A stretch of DNA of 64,000 nucleotides from the NCBI GenBank assembly GCA_965240325.2, contig OZ251222.1:310001-374000 (forward strand). The letters run 5' to 3'. Origin of the DNA: Rebecca billardiae RCC1528 (taxonomy: Eukaryota; Protista; Haptophyta). The position numbers and the translations under genes were made by a program. Below are positions 52,024 through 63,794 of the stretch, one piece after another (the first letter of the stretch is position 1; each line of letters starts with the position of its first letter). The notes beneath the pieces were generated by a model, which searched no databases, was not told where the DNA came from, and was given only the letters and a program-made list of their open reading frames with translations.

Positions 52024-53001
52024 ACACCGACGCGAGCCGCTCGAGAGTACCACGTCACGTGCCCCGACCGGGGCCGTGCTCAGCGACGGCTGCACCTACG
52101 CCGTGCAGGTTGTGAATGTGCGCTCACAGCGCTGCGCAACTCGCCGCGCGCCCGCAGACCGGTGGGCCATCCGTGGTGCATGCCGTTGCCGCGCCGTCGC
52201 CGCCAGTGAGCGGCCGTGCGCAGCTGACGGCTGCATCGACGCGCGGCTCGCCGTGCGCCTCGGCGGGCCTCGCAGAACCGCGGTGCGGTGCCGCGCTGCT
52301 GCAGTTTTGACACTCGGCATGGGACGGAAAGGGTTCGGAAGGGTTTGCCCCCACACCGGTCTTCATGATCACCCGGAGCCCGGTTTAAAGTCTACCCCCA
52401 TAGAGGAATATAAAACTCTATTCAAGCCAGCGTCCGCTTGGCGCTCCTTCATAATTGATGACAAAACTTGCTCACCTGTATTCACCTCGGGGGATCGCGG
52501 TTAAAAGTCGTCTTCAAAGCATAAGCTATGAATCTTCAACTCCGTGCGCTCTGGGTAAACCTGACAGTCATACAGTAGTGGGGCGGCCCTTTACGATCGC
52601 GGAGCTGCCGCCGTTCACGCTGGGCCTATCTTTGTAAGACCCCTTGTTCCTACGGCCCTTGGCCTTCCTACGGGGGGGGCACCCTATATAACTGTCAAGG
52701 TTGAAACAGGCGCCCAGGTTGGGCCAAAAAAAAAACGTAAAGAAGAAAACGGACGCCAGCAGCGCGCATCGCCAACCTGGCCTATTCGAACTTTGAGTGC
52801 GCGGCGCCCGGACGAGTCAGACTCGACTCGTCTAGTAATTATTTAACATCAAGTCATCATGCGCGGGCCATTGGCCCAGCGCAGTACTGGCGTTATATTC
52901 AATCAAGGCGTTATATATATTCATCGTCGATCCGCTGACTAAGATTGGCCCGCCGCATACTGGCGCGTATAGTTATTTGACTCTGTCATCGAACTGTAGC
53001 T

Positions 53002-53915
53002 ACACGGTCTAATCCGATTCAGAACTAATTCCAGTGGCAGTGCTACTCTACTCTTCAAGTTCAATGACATCCGAGATGCTGGTCTGCAGCTGCTGCTGCC
53101 TGCATACCGTGCCGTAGTGGCCGCCCGCCGTACCGCAGGCCCGCTACGGCTATACGCCGAGTAGTGGCTCCGTCGCCCGCGATTCAGGCAGTCGTAGACG
53201 CGCTGCCCCTATACGGGCGGCAGGCCCGCGCTGTGTTCACGTTGCGTTTCCAAACACACGTGTGGATGCCCCACTTTGCGAACACGCGGAAAAATGTTCA
53301 AGACGATTTTAACGAGTTTTCAGTTTTGTCAAAAAAGGAATCCCGGCCTGTGATTGGTGAGCCCGAAAAAGTTCGGCCCACTTCTGAGATTACAAAGTTG
53401 AGAACAGAAGCTCATCAGAAGATTTCGTCATTAGGACTACTTAAAAAACCCGGCGCAACACGGTCTAATCCGATTCAGAACTAATTCCAGTGGCAGTGCT
53501 ACTCTACTCTTCAAGTTCAATGACATCCGAGATGCTGGTCTGCAGCTGCTGCTGCCTGCATACCGTGCCGTAGTGGCCGCCCGCCGTACCGCAGGCCCGC
53601 TACGGCTATACGCCGAGTAGTGGCTCCGTCGCCCGCGATTCAGGCAGTCGTAGACGCGCTGCCCCTATACGGGCGGCAGGCCCGCGCTGTGTTCACGTTG
53701 CGTTTCCAAACACACGTGTGGATGCCCCACTTTGCGAACACGCGGAAAAATGTTCAAGACGATTTTAACGAGTTTTCAGTTTTGTCAAAAAAGGAATCCC
53801 GGCCTGTGATTGGTGAGCCCGAAAAAGTTCGGCCCACTTCTGAGATTACAAAGTTGAGAACAGAAGCTCATCAGAAGATTTCGTCATTAGGACTACTTAA
53901 AAAACCCGGCGCAAC
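53002..53915. repeat. 456-bp tandem duplication
   Basis: Units 53002-53457 and 53458-53913 appear identical; the ORF track shows the same ORF at 53164 and 53620. There is 2-bp AC microhomology at the junction. Confidence 0.92.
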
Positions 53916-56900
53916 CCCTCATTGTGAGTACTTGTCTTCTCGCAGCTGATGAATAGGAATGAGAGGCCCAACCTCAAACGCGCGGGCCGCGTTGATGACC
54001 AATCGAGCACGAAGGTTGGAGCGCGACGGGGGCACCCGGACTTTTTTTGCCAAGTTGGCAAAAACGCGCTCGTCGGGCGGGCGGCCGGGACCAGGTCGAC
54101 GCCACCCTTGCGCACGCTGGGAAGGGGGGGCAAGAGGGGATCGGGGAGGTACGCAACTGGGATGAGAGTGGCCGTTGGCCTTCAAATGATCGAGCTCGGC
54201 TGTACTGCACGCACCGATCCACGTCACCTTCATCACGAAGTGCGCGTCGGCTGATGGCGCGCGCTGCGCCGCACCCCGTGAAGTCGCGCCGCTGTGCTGT
54301 GACACAGCCGGCCCTTGGCGAGCGTAGGGACGCGACAGGAGTGACAGTGCTCATCGACGTTGACCTCTGCTGCGTGGCAGGCGTCGAGGGCTCTCCGTCC
54401 ACGCCACCATCAGCTTCAATGTACACTCTTGCTGGCCGGCCGGCACTCTTTGCGTACGGAGATGAACTGCGCTCGTGCTCTGTGCTTGGGCTCACACTCG
54501 GGCCCAGTTGTGGGCGCGCTCGCTCAAGGACTCCTTCCCCGGTGCCCACTAGCCGAGACGCCGGATCATGTACGCGTGCGGCCTCCTCTGGGCGCTGAGG
54601 GCTATTCACTCTACCGGCGTGGGAGCAGCAACGCCTGCCTTGATGCATGGTCGGCGGCGTCGGGCGTGGTCGGTCAGTCACGTCGCAGTGCTCCCAGAGC
54701 TGCGACGCTGTTCCCGAGCCTAGCGAGATCGCCAGCCCGCAAGCACTGTCGGATGCAGCCAAAACACGGTGAGTGCGCTCGCCGGTCGCGCCGTCATCAC
54801 CTGCGCTCTGCTGCCGCGCGCGCGCGCCACTCGGCAGCGGCGGCGCATCCGCTGTTCGGACAGCTGGAGCACGCGGCCAGCGAGCTGCGTCGCGTGGCCT
54901 GCTCACCCTGTGGGTGGGCGACCGAGGTTGTGTGCCGGCGCAGCACGCCACGGCTCGGCCAGACGGCGTCGCGCTGCAGCTGCCATGCCCCGGCTCCGAG
55001 CCTGCGCACGCTCAGTGCGGCCGCGACACGCTCACGCGACTGCGCGCGCGGCGCAACCCTGGCGCGCCGCTCCGCGCGCGCGCAGCCGAGAGCTGGTGAC
55101 CCGCGGCGTGGTGGCGCTTGGCGGCCTCGTAGTCGCGGTGGAGAGCGCCTCCGCCAAGGCCAGCGAGGGCCCAAGCTTCAGCGTGTTCGGCATCAGCGCG
55201 TCGCCCGATCGCCCCGCGCAGGTGAGCCGCCGTTGGAGCGGACTGGCAGACTGAGCGAGCGGGTCGGCGGCGTTGACCGAGCTGCACCAGCACACCGAGA
55301 CAGATCGGGCCGGCATCCATGATTCACGCACTGCTTATGACCTGTGACTGACAGTCCTTCACCGGCGGTCACCGCGATGACTCACGACGAGGCCCGCTCA
55401 CTCCCCGCGCTGCGCCGGGCCCCCGCCCGAGCCGTGGACCTGACGGGGCCGCTCAGCTCCGCGGCCGCGCCGCGGCCGCACGCGCGGGCGGGAGCGGCGG
55501 CGCGGAGCCGGCCGTGGCCGCGGGCGGCCGGCGGGGGCTGGCAATAAGTGGCAGGCTCGCGGGCAGTGGCTGAAGCAGTCCGCTCTGACTAGTCTGTGGC
55601 CGGCGTGCCAGTCCTGACCGCAGTCGGCCAGGTCCGACCACGTCCGGGCGGACCGGCGTCGCCCCGGCGCCGGCGTCACGCCGCCGGCGGCCGTGCCCGC
55701 GTGCCTGCCGTGAGTGCCAGTGGCACTGCCAGTGCCACTGCTGTCCCGTGTCCGGTCCGCGGGTCCGACTCGCGCGGCTGACGCTGAGTCTGACTGCGGC
55801 GGCGGTGCGCCGGTGCGGCGCCGCAGCAGTCTGACGGTCGCCGCGGCCAGGGCCCAGGCTACAGGCACAGCCTACACCAGTAGGCAGTACACGCCCACGG
55901 GCCCGACCGGCCACCGCCCACCGCGCGGCGGCGGTAGTGACCGCGCCGACGTGAGGCGGCCGGGGCGGCCGCCGGCCGCCGGCCGGACTGATTGATGTGA
56001 CCGGGCCTCAGCCCTCAGCCCGTCCGTGCAGTGATGAACGGTGGCAGTAGCACACGGGGATCCGGTGTCCGGCGTCGGCCCGAGTACGGTAGAGAGTCGT
56101 ACTCGGCGCGGGCTTAGTCTGGTCATATTATTAATAAGCTATAGACGTGTTATCTGAAGTCGCCGTGTCACGGTCCGAATGGGACTGACGGTCGTCCACT
56201 GACCACTGATCAGCACTAGCTCAGCAGCCGCCGCCCGATCTGTGTAGCTGAGTCTGAATCAATGACATTCAGTGACGCCTCGGCCGCGGCCGCGCGCGAG
56301 TCGTGAACGGCCAACGCCCGCAACGGGCCCGGGCGCGCGCGGCGGTCCGAGTCATCGTCCCGTGTCATCTGACACTGTGATAAACTGAGACTAGATCAGT
56401 CGTGTGATCGAATATACCTGGCTCCGGTGTGCAACGGCCGCAACGGCGTCAGGGTCACAGGGTGCCCCGGGCCCCTGCGGCAGTCGTTCGGCCCCATTCG
56501 CCCGATTCGCCGGGCGGCCCCTCGGCCTCGGGCCTAACTAACGGGCTAAGCCGTCCGGCGGGGCCGTAACCGTGCAGACGTGGCGTGCGTATACGGTCAT
56601 GGCCGTGCTAAGTTACTACCGAGACGAGTGCTGCCAGCCCGGCGGTCGATGTCACCTGCAGCATGAGACGTCCTGCACCCGGAGTGCACCCCTCGGCCTC
56701 GCCCTCGAGCAGTCCCGGGGGCCGGCCACGCGGCACGCCGCCGCCGGCGGTGCGGAGACAACAGCATCTGCTGGTACGTCAAGTGGACCTGGCCCGCAGT
56801 TTCTGCAGAGGCCGATGCCTGCGGGCATATGCCATGGATCGCGCTGTAGGCTGCTGCCAGCAAGCGCAAGCAGCTGCTCGTCGACAGCGGCGCTTCCGAC

Positions 56901-57916
56901 GATCACCACTAAATCTGTGCGCCGCTCACTCGAGGAGTGGGCGGAAGATGGAACTCTCCAAACAACCCTTCGGGAGGAGCGGGGATGGCGAGGCATCGGC
57001 GGGCGAATCGAAGCGCAAGGATTCTGAGCGGCAGGCGGGTCGACGAACGCGCGTGCATGCACAGGTGTGAGCGGCAGGAGGGGCTGCTGCACGCACCGGC
57101 CCACGCACCTGCTACACTCACCCACACTGCAGGCGCCGCCGATCCAGACCCATCATACCCGGCGTGGCGCCCTTCCACTCACAGTGCTGATGACCGCTGC
57201 GCGGTGGAGTGGTGCAGACCGGCCCGTCAGGCCAAGCACGCTCTGGCCGCTCGGCTGAGCATACGCACAGCAGCCTCCTTTGGGGAGCGCTCTCGTAGCG
57301 TGCTGTGGTGGCGCGCATCTCGAGAATGAGCTTATCCATCTTGGTCCTTGATGACGGCAACGGACCGGACACATCTGGCAGTTCAAATGTGTGCAGGCAC
57401 TTCGTCCTCTGACCATCGCGCCGCACGACGACGTGCAAGCCGCCACTGTGCGCGCAGGCGCGGGGGAGCGGAATGTCTGCTACACGGCGACATTGACGCA
57501 CGCGCGTCACGCCCGAGACGCCGGCTGGGGTGGTTCGAACGCACCTGCGCAGCCGCTTACAAAGGGTGCTGCTCTGTATGACAAGATGGTCGCCATCACT
57601 GCGCTGCCGCGGCTCCGCCGGCGCGGCCCGGCCTCCTGGCGCCTTGGTGATGCTCACCAAGCGGGGCCCCCTTGGCTGGCCACCGAGCGGCTCGGGTCTG
57701 TCCGGCGTGTCCACCTTTCTCGGCGAGCGGCGAGCGCGCGGCAACCTCGTCAGGAGGCCTCTCGGAGGCTCTAAGTGCACAGCTTGCACGCACGACTAGT
57801 ATCTCGGGGAGATCGTTCTAAAAAAAGAACCGACGAAACCGAGAATTGGTTTTTTAAAGTCCTCCGCCCACTGGCACCAAAGTGGGGCATCCACACGTGT
57901 GTTTGGAAACGCAACG
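53696..57916. mobile_element. Putative 4.2-kb non-autonomous TIR element with perfect 39-bp inverted repeats
   Basis: cgttgcgtttccaaacacacgtgtggatgccccactttg at 53696-53734 (also 53240-53278) and its exact reverse complement at 57878-57916. No target-site duplication or intact transposase was recognised. Confidence 0.6.
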
Positions 57917-58288
57917 CGAGACATCACGCCATCACTGCTTGGCCTTGCCTGAAGTGGCGACTGCGGTGTGACTGCTGACTCGCCACTCCGTCTGTCTCGG
58001 CGAGCCCGGGCCGCGCGGGCCCGTGGCGAGCCTGGCGGACCGCCCCGCGGGGACCCGGCGTGCCAGTCACTGCCGCCTGCCGACAAGGCCGCCAGGCCCC
58101 CGCAGTTTATATGTATGCGGACTCAGTCAGGAGTAACCCGCCACGCGAGGCGAATGGCTCATGACATGCTGCAAGCACGCTGTCGTCGTGCATCATGGAT
58201 CGATTGCGCGCACCGCGGCGGCACGCACACGATCGGATGACCGACTGGGCTCGACGCATTACCGGTCAGACGGCGGCCTCGCTAGTGC

Positions 58289-60211
58289 CTAGTCCTCGAG
58301 GTTGCGGAACGCGGTGTGGAGCTCCTCGTTGAGCTTGCCGAGCGCCGCCCGGTTGGCCTCCTCGCCGGCCGACGGCTCGAGGAACTTCATCGCCGAGAGC
58401 TTGTAGATCACGCCCGACGAGCCGCCCATCGCGTCCTTGATGGTGTTCATCGTGATCTTCTTGTCCGCCGACGCGTTCTCAATCGACTTCATCGCGAGCG
58501 AGTAGAAGGTGACGATGTTGCGCATCATGTACACCGACTTGTAGAAGGGGCACATCTTGTCGTACGACGAGAAGCCGTTCTGCGCGAGGAAGTCATCCTT
58601 GATGATCTTCGCCACCTCAAGCACGAGCTTGTCCGACTCGGCGAGCGAGTCCTTGCCGACGAGCTGCACAATCTCGGTGAGGTCGTCCTCCGTCTGCAGG
58701 ATCTCCTTCATCTTGGTGCGGAAGCCTGCGCGCCGGGGTGGGGGGGGCAGGGCGCGGGGCGGGGCGGTGAGCGCGGCGGCGGAGCGGCCGCGGCCGCGCG
58801 CGTGCGCGCGGCGGCGCGGCGGGCGCGCACCGATGAACTCCGAGTCGAACTCCTGGTAGAAGGGCTCGAGCGCGCGGTCGTACTTGGAGTAGGAGATGAG
58901 CCAGTTGAGCGACGGGAAGTGCTTGCGCTGCGCGAGCTTCTTGTCGAGGCCCCAGAACACCTGCACGATGCCGAGCGTGGCCGAGCACACGGGGTCGGAG
59001 AAGTCACCGCCCGGCGGCGACACGGCGCCGACGATGGTGATCGAGCCCTCGCGCTGCGGCGAGCCGAGCAGCGCCGACTTGCCCGAGCGCTCATAGAAGG
59101 AGGCGAGGCGCGCGCCGAGGTAGGCCGGGTAGCCCGAATCGGCGGGCATCTCGGCGAGGCGGCCCGAGATCTCACGCAGCGCCTCGGCCCAGCGCGAGGT
59201 GGAGTCGGCCATCATCGCCACGTTGTAGCCCATGTCGCGCAGGTACTCCGCGAGCGTGATGCCCGTGTAGATGGACGCCTCACGCGCCGCCACCGGCATG
59301 TTGGAGGTGTTGGCGACGAGCGTCGTGCGCTTCATGATGGTCTCCTCCTTGCCGTCGACGACCATCTTGAGCTCGGGGAAGTCCTTGAGCACCTCCGCCA
59401 TCTCGTTGCCGCGCTCGCCGCAGCCGACGTAGATGATCGCGTCCGAGTTCGAGAACTTGGACAGCGCCTGCGAGATCACCGTCTTGCCGCAGCCGAACGC
59501 ACCCGGCACGGCGCATGTGCCGCCGAGCACCGACGGGAAGAGCGCGTCAATCACGCGCTGGCCGGTGAGGAGCGGCTGGTCGCCGGCGAGCTTCTCCCCG
59601 ACGGGGCGCGGCGAGCGCACGGGCCACTTCTGCTCCATCGTGTGCTCCGTCGTCGTGCCCTCGAACTCCGTCTTGAGCACCACCGTGTGGATGTTGTACG
59701 CGCCCTTGGGCGCGATCCACGTCACCTTGCCGCCCGGAATCTTGCCCGGCATCACCATGAGCTTGTGGGTGATGATGTTGTTCTCCTGGACGCTGCCGTA
59801 GATGTCACCCGCGGCGACCGGGTCGCCCACCTTAATGTTCAGCGGCGTGAAGTCCCACTTGAGCTCCTCGTCGAGCGGCGACACCTCGATACCGCGCGGG
59901 ATGAAGATGGTGTCGAGCGTCTCGGCAATCTTCTCGAGCGGGCGCTGGATACCGTCGAAGATGCGGCCCATGAGGCCGGGGCCGAGCTGGAGCGAGAGCG
60001 GCAGGCCCGTGCAGACGATCGGATCGCCGACGGTCAGGCCAGACGTCTCCTCGTACACCTGGATCGTGCCGGTGTCGCCCTCGAGACGGATGATCTCACC
60101 GACAAGCTTCTGGTGGCCGACACGCACGAGCTCGTACATGGCAGAGCCGCTCATCTGGTCGGCGATGACGACCGGACCGGAGACGGAGAACACCTTGCCC
60201 TGACGCACCAT
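58289..60211 (-). CDS. ATP6V1A: V-type proton ATPase catalytic subunit A
   Basis: [14 protein letters not shown], Walker [51 protein letters not shown] and [12 protein letters not shown]. One 105-bp intron at 58830-58726; no intein. Confidence 0.97.
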   Translation of the reverse strand: MVRQGKVFSVSGPVVIADQMSGSAMYELVRVGHQKLVGEIIRLEGDTGTIQVYEETSGLTVGDPIVCTGLPLSLQLGPGLMGRIFDGIQRPLEKIAETLDTIFIPRGIEVSPLDEELKWDFTPLNIKVGDPVAAGDIYGSVQENNIITHKLMVMPGKIPGGKVTWIAPKGAYNIHTVVLKTEFEGTTTEHTMEQKWPVRSPRPVGEKLAGDQPLLTGQRVIDALFPSVLGGTCAVPGAFGCGKTVISQALSKFSNSDAIIYVGCGERGNEMAEVLKDFPELKMVVDGKEETIMKRTTLVANTSNMPVAAREASIYTGITLAEYLRDMGYNVAMMADSTSRWAEALREISGRLAEMPADSGYPAYLGARLASFYERSGKSALLGSPQREGSITIVGAVSPPGGDFSDPVCSATLGIVQVFWGLDKKLAQRKHFPSLNWLISYSKYDRALEPFYQEFDSEFIGARPPRRRAHARGRGRSAAALTAPPRALPPPPRRAGFRTKMKEILQTEDDLTEIVQLVGKDSLAESDKLVLEVAKIIKDDFLAQNGFSSYDKMCPFYKSVYMMRNIVTFYSLAMKSIENASADKKITMNTIKDAMGGSSGVIYKLSAMKFLEPSAGEEANRAALGKLNEELHTAFRNLED

Positions 60212-61182
60212 GGCTGCAGACTGCTGAGCGACGCTCTGCGCGGGCGGGTCGCGAGACGCGATGTGCAATTTGCCGGATTGGCGGGGCGCGCGCGCGCCGC
60301 GGCGAGGGGAGAGGGGGGGGAGGAGCTCATGAGCCAAGTGCCAGGCGTCGGCACACACACGAGCAGGCTGGCAACACGCGTCCGCGCCCAGCGCAGCTCC
60401 GTGCGACGTGCGGTGGCCGGGCGCGAGGCCCGCAATCGGCGTCACACCTCGGGGTGTGCAGGGTTCTTCGGCAGCGAGGCAGTGGGGTCCCGCAGCAGCC
60501 TGCCCGATCGGGCCAGGCCCACAAGATTACGGGCTGGGGCCCGGACATCGGTGCATCTCGAATCCGGATGGCCGTGGGATGATTGTCCAGGGCAGCCCTG
60601 GCTTGGCATCCGGACTCCCAGGCAGGCGCCAGCCGGCTGATCTGTGATCACTGATGCGTCAAGTAGTTGGTCATGCGAGCTTACTTCAGGCTCGGCTCAT
60701 CGGTACTAAGTTACATCGTCGGCCGCACCGCGACCCGGACTGAGTGCCAGAATGCCTCGTCACCGGTTGGTGACCGTCAAGCTGACAGCGGCTCTCTGAC
60801 TGTAGCGTGCGTCGGCAGCACTGAGACAGAGAGACTCGACGAAGCCTCGCCGGAGGCCGTGATTCGGCCGACGTAGTGCGCGACAACCCCCGCCGCCGAC
60901 AGCCACTGCGCGCCCCCTGACCCTGGAACCTGCGCCGCCTCTGTCCGGTGGCATTGGCGAACGCCGTCAAGCTGGCAGCGGTTCCCGAAAGACAGCACCG
61001 GACGGACGCCCGCCTGTGGCCGCCTGTCGACACGCCGCCTGCCCTCAGACACCCCACCGCCAACCGTCGCCGTGGATGACGCCGCTCGCCCGTCGTGACC
61101 TGCGCAGCGTGCGGCAGCGGACCGAGCGGCTGGCCGCCGGCCCGAGTCGCGCGCGCGAGAGGAGCAGCGCCCCGATGACAAC

Positions 61183-61563
61183 TTACTTCATCGCCGCCGC
61201 GCGCTTCTTGCGCGCAAGCATGACCTCGAAGCGGTCAAAGTCGGACATCGCCGCGCGCTTCTTCTTGTTCTCCAGCTTCTTGGCCCATGCGGTTGCCGAC
61301 CACTTGGCCATCACGTCCGCCTCCTCCCACGCGGTGGTGAGCGCCTTTTGCCGCGCGTTACGCTTCACCTCGACCTTAAAGTCCGTGAGCATCAACCGCT
61401 TGAAGCCAATCTCCTGGTGGTGCACGCCGGTGATCGACACCGGGCCGTCGACGAGCACGCGGTTCTCATCGATGACGTCGATGATTGTGCACAGCTTGCC
61501 CGCGTCCGGCCCGAAGGTCACGAGCGCGACGCGGCCGATCTCCACCATACGCTTGTACGGCAT
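61183..61563 (-). CDS. RPL14: 60S ribosomal protein L14 (eL14)
   Basis: MPYKRMVEIGRVALV..GPDAGKL..IIDVIDENRVLVDGP...W..TAWAKKL...MSDFDRF. Confidence 0.95.
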   Translation of the reverse strand: MPYKRMVEIGRVALVTFGPDAGKLCTIIDVIDENRVLVDGPVSITGVHHQEIGFKRLMLTDFKVEVKRNARQKALTTAWEEADVMAKWSATAWAKKLENKKKRAAMSDFDRFEVMLARKKRAAAMK

Positions 61564-62236
61564 GGTGACGCTGGTGTGCTAAAGGCGGTGGAAGTGCGCG
61601 CGCCGCCGGTGGCTGTGCCCACCCTGCGCGTGCTCTTGAGGAACCACGTAAGCCACGCGGCGCGGTCCGGACGATGGCCGCCAAACCAAACCGGACTCGC
61701 ATTTTTTATTTGGGCCTTGGGGGAGTGAGCTATTGTCAAGTCTGAGTCGGCAGAAAGGCGGACGGAGCGCACCACGTGAATTAACGTGCGACTCGTGCGA
61801 CAGGTGCCTGGTGACGTCTCGCCGTATGGCCACTTGTGGGCCAACAGGCCAGTGCACGGCGCGGTTGGCTCGCTCGCATTGCGTCTGCGGCGCCTGGCCG
61901 GCACCAGGACGCGTTCGTAATATTCGTATAGTTTACCGCGGATCGTGTCGGACGTCACAGCCGATTGATGCGCGTCAGCCAGGTTAGCCAGCACGAGCAC
62001 AGCCAGGGGAAGCTATGCGGGAACCAAGTCGTGCTGCACAGGTGACGCCACACCGCACGCGAGGACTCGCCGGCTGCGGGCTGGTCACTCCGTCACTCGC
62101 ATGGGCCACACCTCCGACCTCGACTGTCTCCTATGCTGGAAGCAGAGATCGTCGTCTAGAAGGTGAGGGAACCTTGCGGGATGGTCACGGCGCTGGATGG
62201 ACAGAGGGAGCGCTGCTGAGTGCTGGCGAGGACATC

Positions 62237-62274
62237 GTTTGCGCAGCACGGCCGGACGGCCGTGCTGCGCAAAC
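62237..62274. repeat. Perfect 18-bp stem hairpin
   Basis: gtttgcgcagcacggccg-GA-cggccgtgctgcgcaaac. Confidence 0.85.
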
Positions 62275-62746
62275 CCCGCCGGCGCTAGTCTGTCGCACCC
62301 CTTTTGTTCCGAGTCGCTGAGACCGCGCCGATCGTCAGATAGTTTTGAATTTCTGTTCCGCCAGTGGGACCAGCCCACTGTAGTACGTGCCCAACTGTGT
62401 CCATGTTGGAGAATATGTAGTCAATCACAGAGCGATCCGCCCCACTGTAACGCCGGTCTGTGGCCGATTGGGAGTACTGACGTGCTCCTGCGTCTGAGGT
62501 CATGGGTTCAAACTGTCAGTTTCCAGGCGGTCTCTCTTCGGATAGCGTGCGATGAAGGATGGCGCGGCAACCTGCCACCGTGAGCCTTACGCACGTTACT
62601 AAAACAAATAAACTGTACTACGGGCATGAGATCGTCATCGCGCGCTCAAGCCATTCGATCGCGGTTCAGGCTATGCTCTGCCACCAGCGCCGACTTCGTG
62701 TCGACGATCGGGCATTGCCGACGACGAACGAGTGCCGGCGCAAACG

Positions 62747-63685
62747 ATGCAGGCCGATTTGAGTGGCGGCGCTGGCGGCCGTAGCAGCAGCGCCGCGCGG
62801 CAGCGCGGCGAGGCGGGCGCGGCGCCACGCCGGTACCTGCCTCACGCGCTCTCGAGCCACCGCGTCTCCGCGCGCGATCGGGCGCACGGCAAGGCGCCGC
62901 TGCGCCCGACGCCGCTTGCGAGCGACATGCCTGACGGCCTGCCGTTCGCCGAGGACAGCCGCCGGCGGCTGCGGCGCATGCAGAACATGCACGTGCTGTA
63001 CCGCTCGGCGGAGCGGCGTGAGTGCCTGCAGCCGCTCACGAATGACCTCCTCCTCACACGCGACCGAGACGCCGCGTCCGACGACGCCCAACTCAACAAG
63101 CTCGCCGCGCTCTCGCTCGCGCTCGACGCGGCTGAGGTGACGCCTGAGGATGCGTTCGAGGTCGTGCTCTCGCTCCGCCCGTTCTCGCGCTCGCCCAACG
63201 CGTGGGTGGAGATGCAAGCGCGGCTCGCCGCGCGCCCAGACCTCTCCACCTCGATCTTCGACCTGCTCTGGTTCGCCCGCGCCCAGGAGGAGTTCGACGC
63301 TCCAGACTTCACGGCGCACGAGGGCGCGTGGGGCCGTGTGTACGCAGAGCTGCTGCTGCGCCGCTACCTGCTCGACGGCGCGGGCGAGGTGGACGCGGTG
63401 CAGCGGCTGTCACACTGCCACGAGCTCATCCGCGAGGCGATCACCTCGATCTCGGTCTCCGGCGCGCCGGTCACCACCGAGCAGGTCCGCCGGCTCGCGT
63501 GGCTCTGCCCCAACCTCGTCGAGCTCGACGTGAGCGCGACGCCGGTCGGCGAGGCGGCGATCGCGCACGTGATGAAGGCGTGCCGGCGGCTCGAGCGCAT
63601 CAACATCGCGGAGACGCGCTTGCAGGGCGACACGGTGAGCGCGCTGCTGAGCACTTACGGGCCGCAACTCGAGCTCATAGTCTGA
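62747..63685 (+). CDS. Hypothetical protein with C-terminal leucine-rich repeats (FBXL/AMN1-like)
   Basis: LAWLCPNLVELDVSATPVGE, ACRRLERINIAETRL and YGPQLELI. Confidence 0.65.
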   Translation: MQADLSGGAGGRSSSAARQRGEAGAAPRRYLPHALSSHRVSARDRAHGKAPLRPTPLASDMPDGLPFAEDSRRRLRRMQNMHVLYRSAERRECLQPLTNDLLLTRDRDAASDDAQLNKLAALSLALDAAEVTPEDAFEVVLSLRPFSRSPNAWVEMQARLAARPDLSTSIFDLLWFARAQEEFDAPDFTAHEGAWGRVYAELLLRRYLLDGAGEVDAVQRLSHCHELIREAITSISVSGAPVTTEQVRRLAWLCPNLVELDVSATPVGEAAIAHVMKACRRLERINIAETRLQGDTVSALLSTYGPQLELIV

Positions 63686-63794
63686 GTAGTAGTACCGTGT
63701 TGTTTCGTGGCCGTGGTCGCCCGTGGTGGATTTATTTGATTTGGAGGCAAAACTGAAAACTCAAATAAAGTAGGAACTAATTGTCAGTACAACG

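Noticed and set aside
53164-53949. Two near-identical 106/109-aa ORFs as duplicated genes
   Set aside because: They have GTG starts, cross the inverted-repeat boundary and show no motifs; they are a by-product of the tandem duplication.
17923-58830. Excess of in-frame (3n) introns
   Set aside because: About 7 of 18 inferred introns are 3n, close to the one-third expected by chance.
58316-60640. 774-aa plus-strand ORF, and a possible intein in V-ATPase A
   Set aside because: The ORF is the antisense shadow of subunit A. The GCGER site is uninterrupted, and the only insert is a 105-bp GT-AG intron.
51778-62615. One 10.8-kb compound transposon enclosing V-ATPase A and RPL14
   Set aside because: The ends match over only ~7 bp, and independent short-element remnants are a simpler explanation.
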